From Octopus sinensis (taxonomy: Eukaryota), in the NCBI RefSeq assembly GCF_006345805.1, contig NC_043002.1, positions 83,080,001-83,144,000 on the forward strand: a stretch of DNA of 64,000 bases, written 5' to 3'. Under the pieces are notes generated by a model. It was not told the origin of the DNA and made no database searches. It saw only the letters and a program-made list of their open reading frames with translations. Numbering within the stretch: the stretch's first letter is position 1; the number at the start of each line of letters is the position of its first letter. A program made the position numbers and the translations under genes. Below, piece by piece: positions 62,963-64,000 of the stretch.

Positions 62963-64000
62963 AGATATATACTAAAAACGGAAGCAGTTGAAATTCAAGA
63001 GAAGAAAATATTATTATTTGCATTCTATTGTGAGTTTGATAAACAATGTATTGTTTATGATCTATATTCATTGAGACAAATACATATAAAAATGTTATAC
63101 TATTCTCATTTAAATTATTGGTGAGTTGATCTTTTTTTAACTTTTAGCAAAAGGATATAAATATCGAATGAACAAAATTCAATACCGATTGCAACTACGG
63201 GTTTACATATATTCATATAAATATATGTACGTAAATAAACATTTAAAAATGTCTATACATATATATATATGACTGGTCAGTGAGATTTTCTTTGTTTATT
63301 AATTGGGAAAAAAAGTAGCGGACACAAAAGACGGTTTGTCCCCCGTTCCTGAAAAAGTGTGGTGGAGGGGGGACTTGTCTTCTGGTTCTCCACTGATCAG
63401 CAACCATGTCTTCAACAATGGATGATTTTTTTAAAAGATGAAAAATAAATGCCTATTTTGCTCTTATAAATACTTTTAAAATTTATTGATATATACGTTG
63501 TCAATTACTTTAATATTATCTATCTATAACTAATAAGTTGATTATAAACGTTTTGGATAATTGCTGTAGCAAATAAAATCTAACATCAGCATTTTTTCTC
63601 AGGTTCTATAAACGGTTCTATATATAATTTCAAACGTTTTTAAAAAAAAATTTTATACGTCTTATGGGGACTCAAAATGCCTCGTGTTCTGAGCACAAAA
63701 CTAAAAAGATTTACGGATACATTCCGGCAATCTCTACCAGTAATGCTTAACGTAAGATTAGCTTTACTAGCAATTGTTATTGGGCTGACCACCAAGCCTA
63801 ACAAGATGTTATATTTTGGAGTTTCTGCACCTTAGCAGGGGAGAAAGACCACCCCCAAAGCATTGATGTTACTGGCAGATACACACATGAAATTAGGAAG
63901 ATACCTAAACTAACAGGAGATGGAGATTCCTGGTGTGGTGAAACCTTTCTCAGTTGCGGCCGCTGAAGCAGTAGCCGTTTATTGCATCAATTGTACGCCA

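Overview
Repeat-rich, AT-rich animal genomic DNA. It is most likely from an octopus: tRNA-derived SINE families resemble those known from Octopus and (TA)n/(CA)n/(TATG)n microsatellites are dense; the taxon is an inference. Almost all coding potential is decayed transposons: two Tx1/L1-clade LINEs (228-~3720 minus, internally deleted; 26152-31497 plus, near full length), a near-complete Penelope-like element (PLE) with pseudo-LTRs (14191-19161), two more PLE fragments, a CR1-group LINE 3' half, a Tc1/mariner copy, a hAT remnant, non-autonomous Helitrons, MITEs and fold-backs, and about 35 SINE copies. One probable host exon encoding a signal peptide lies at 54249-54306. Main leads: (1) a Tx1 LINE and a SINE share a 3' tail and repeatedly insert, with TSDs, into tRNA-like SINE heads, three times at the same GTATTTCG site. 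(2) Two unrelated repeat families carry hammerhead-ribozyme cores whose three strands lie in a non-circularly permuted order, with compensatory stem changes. (3) A ~545-bp tandem/inverted array has a hammerhead-like motif in every unit. (4) A SINE and the CR1-group LINE share a covarying 3' stem-loop. All alignments and folds were done by eye.
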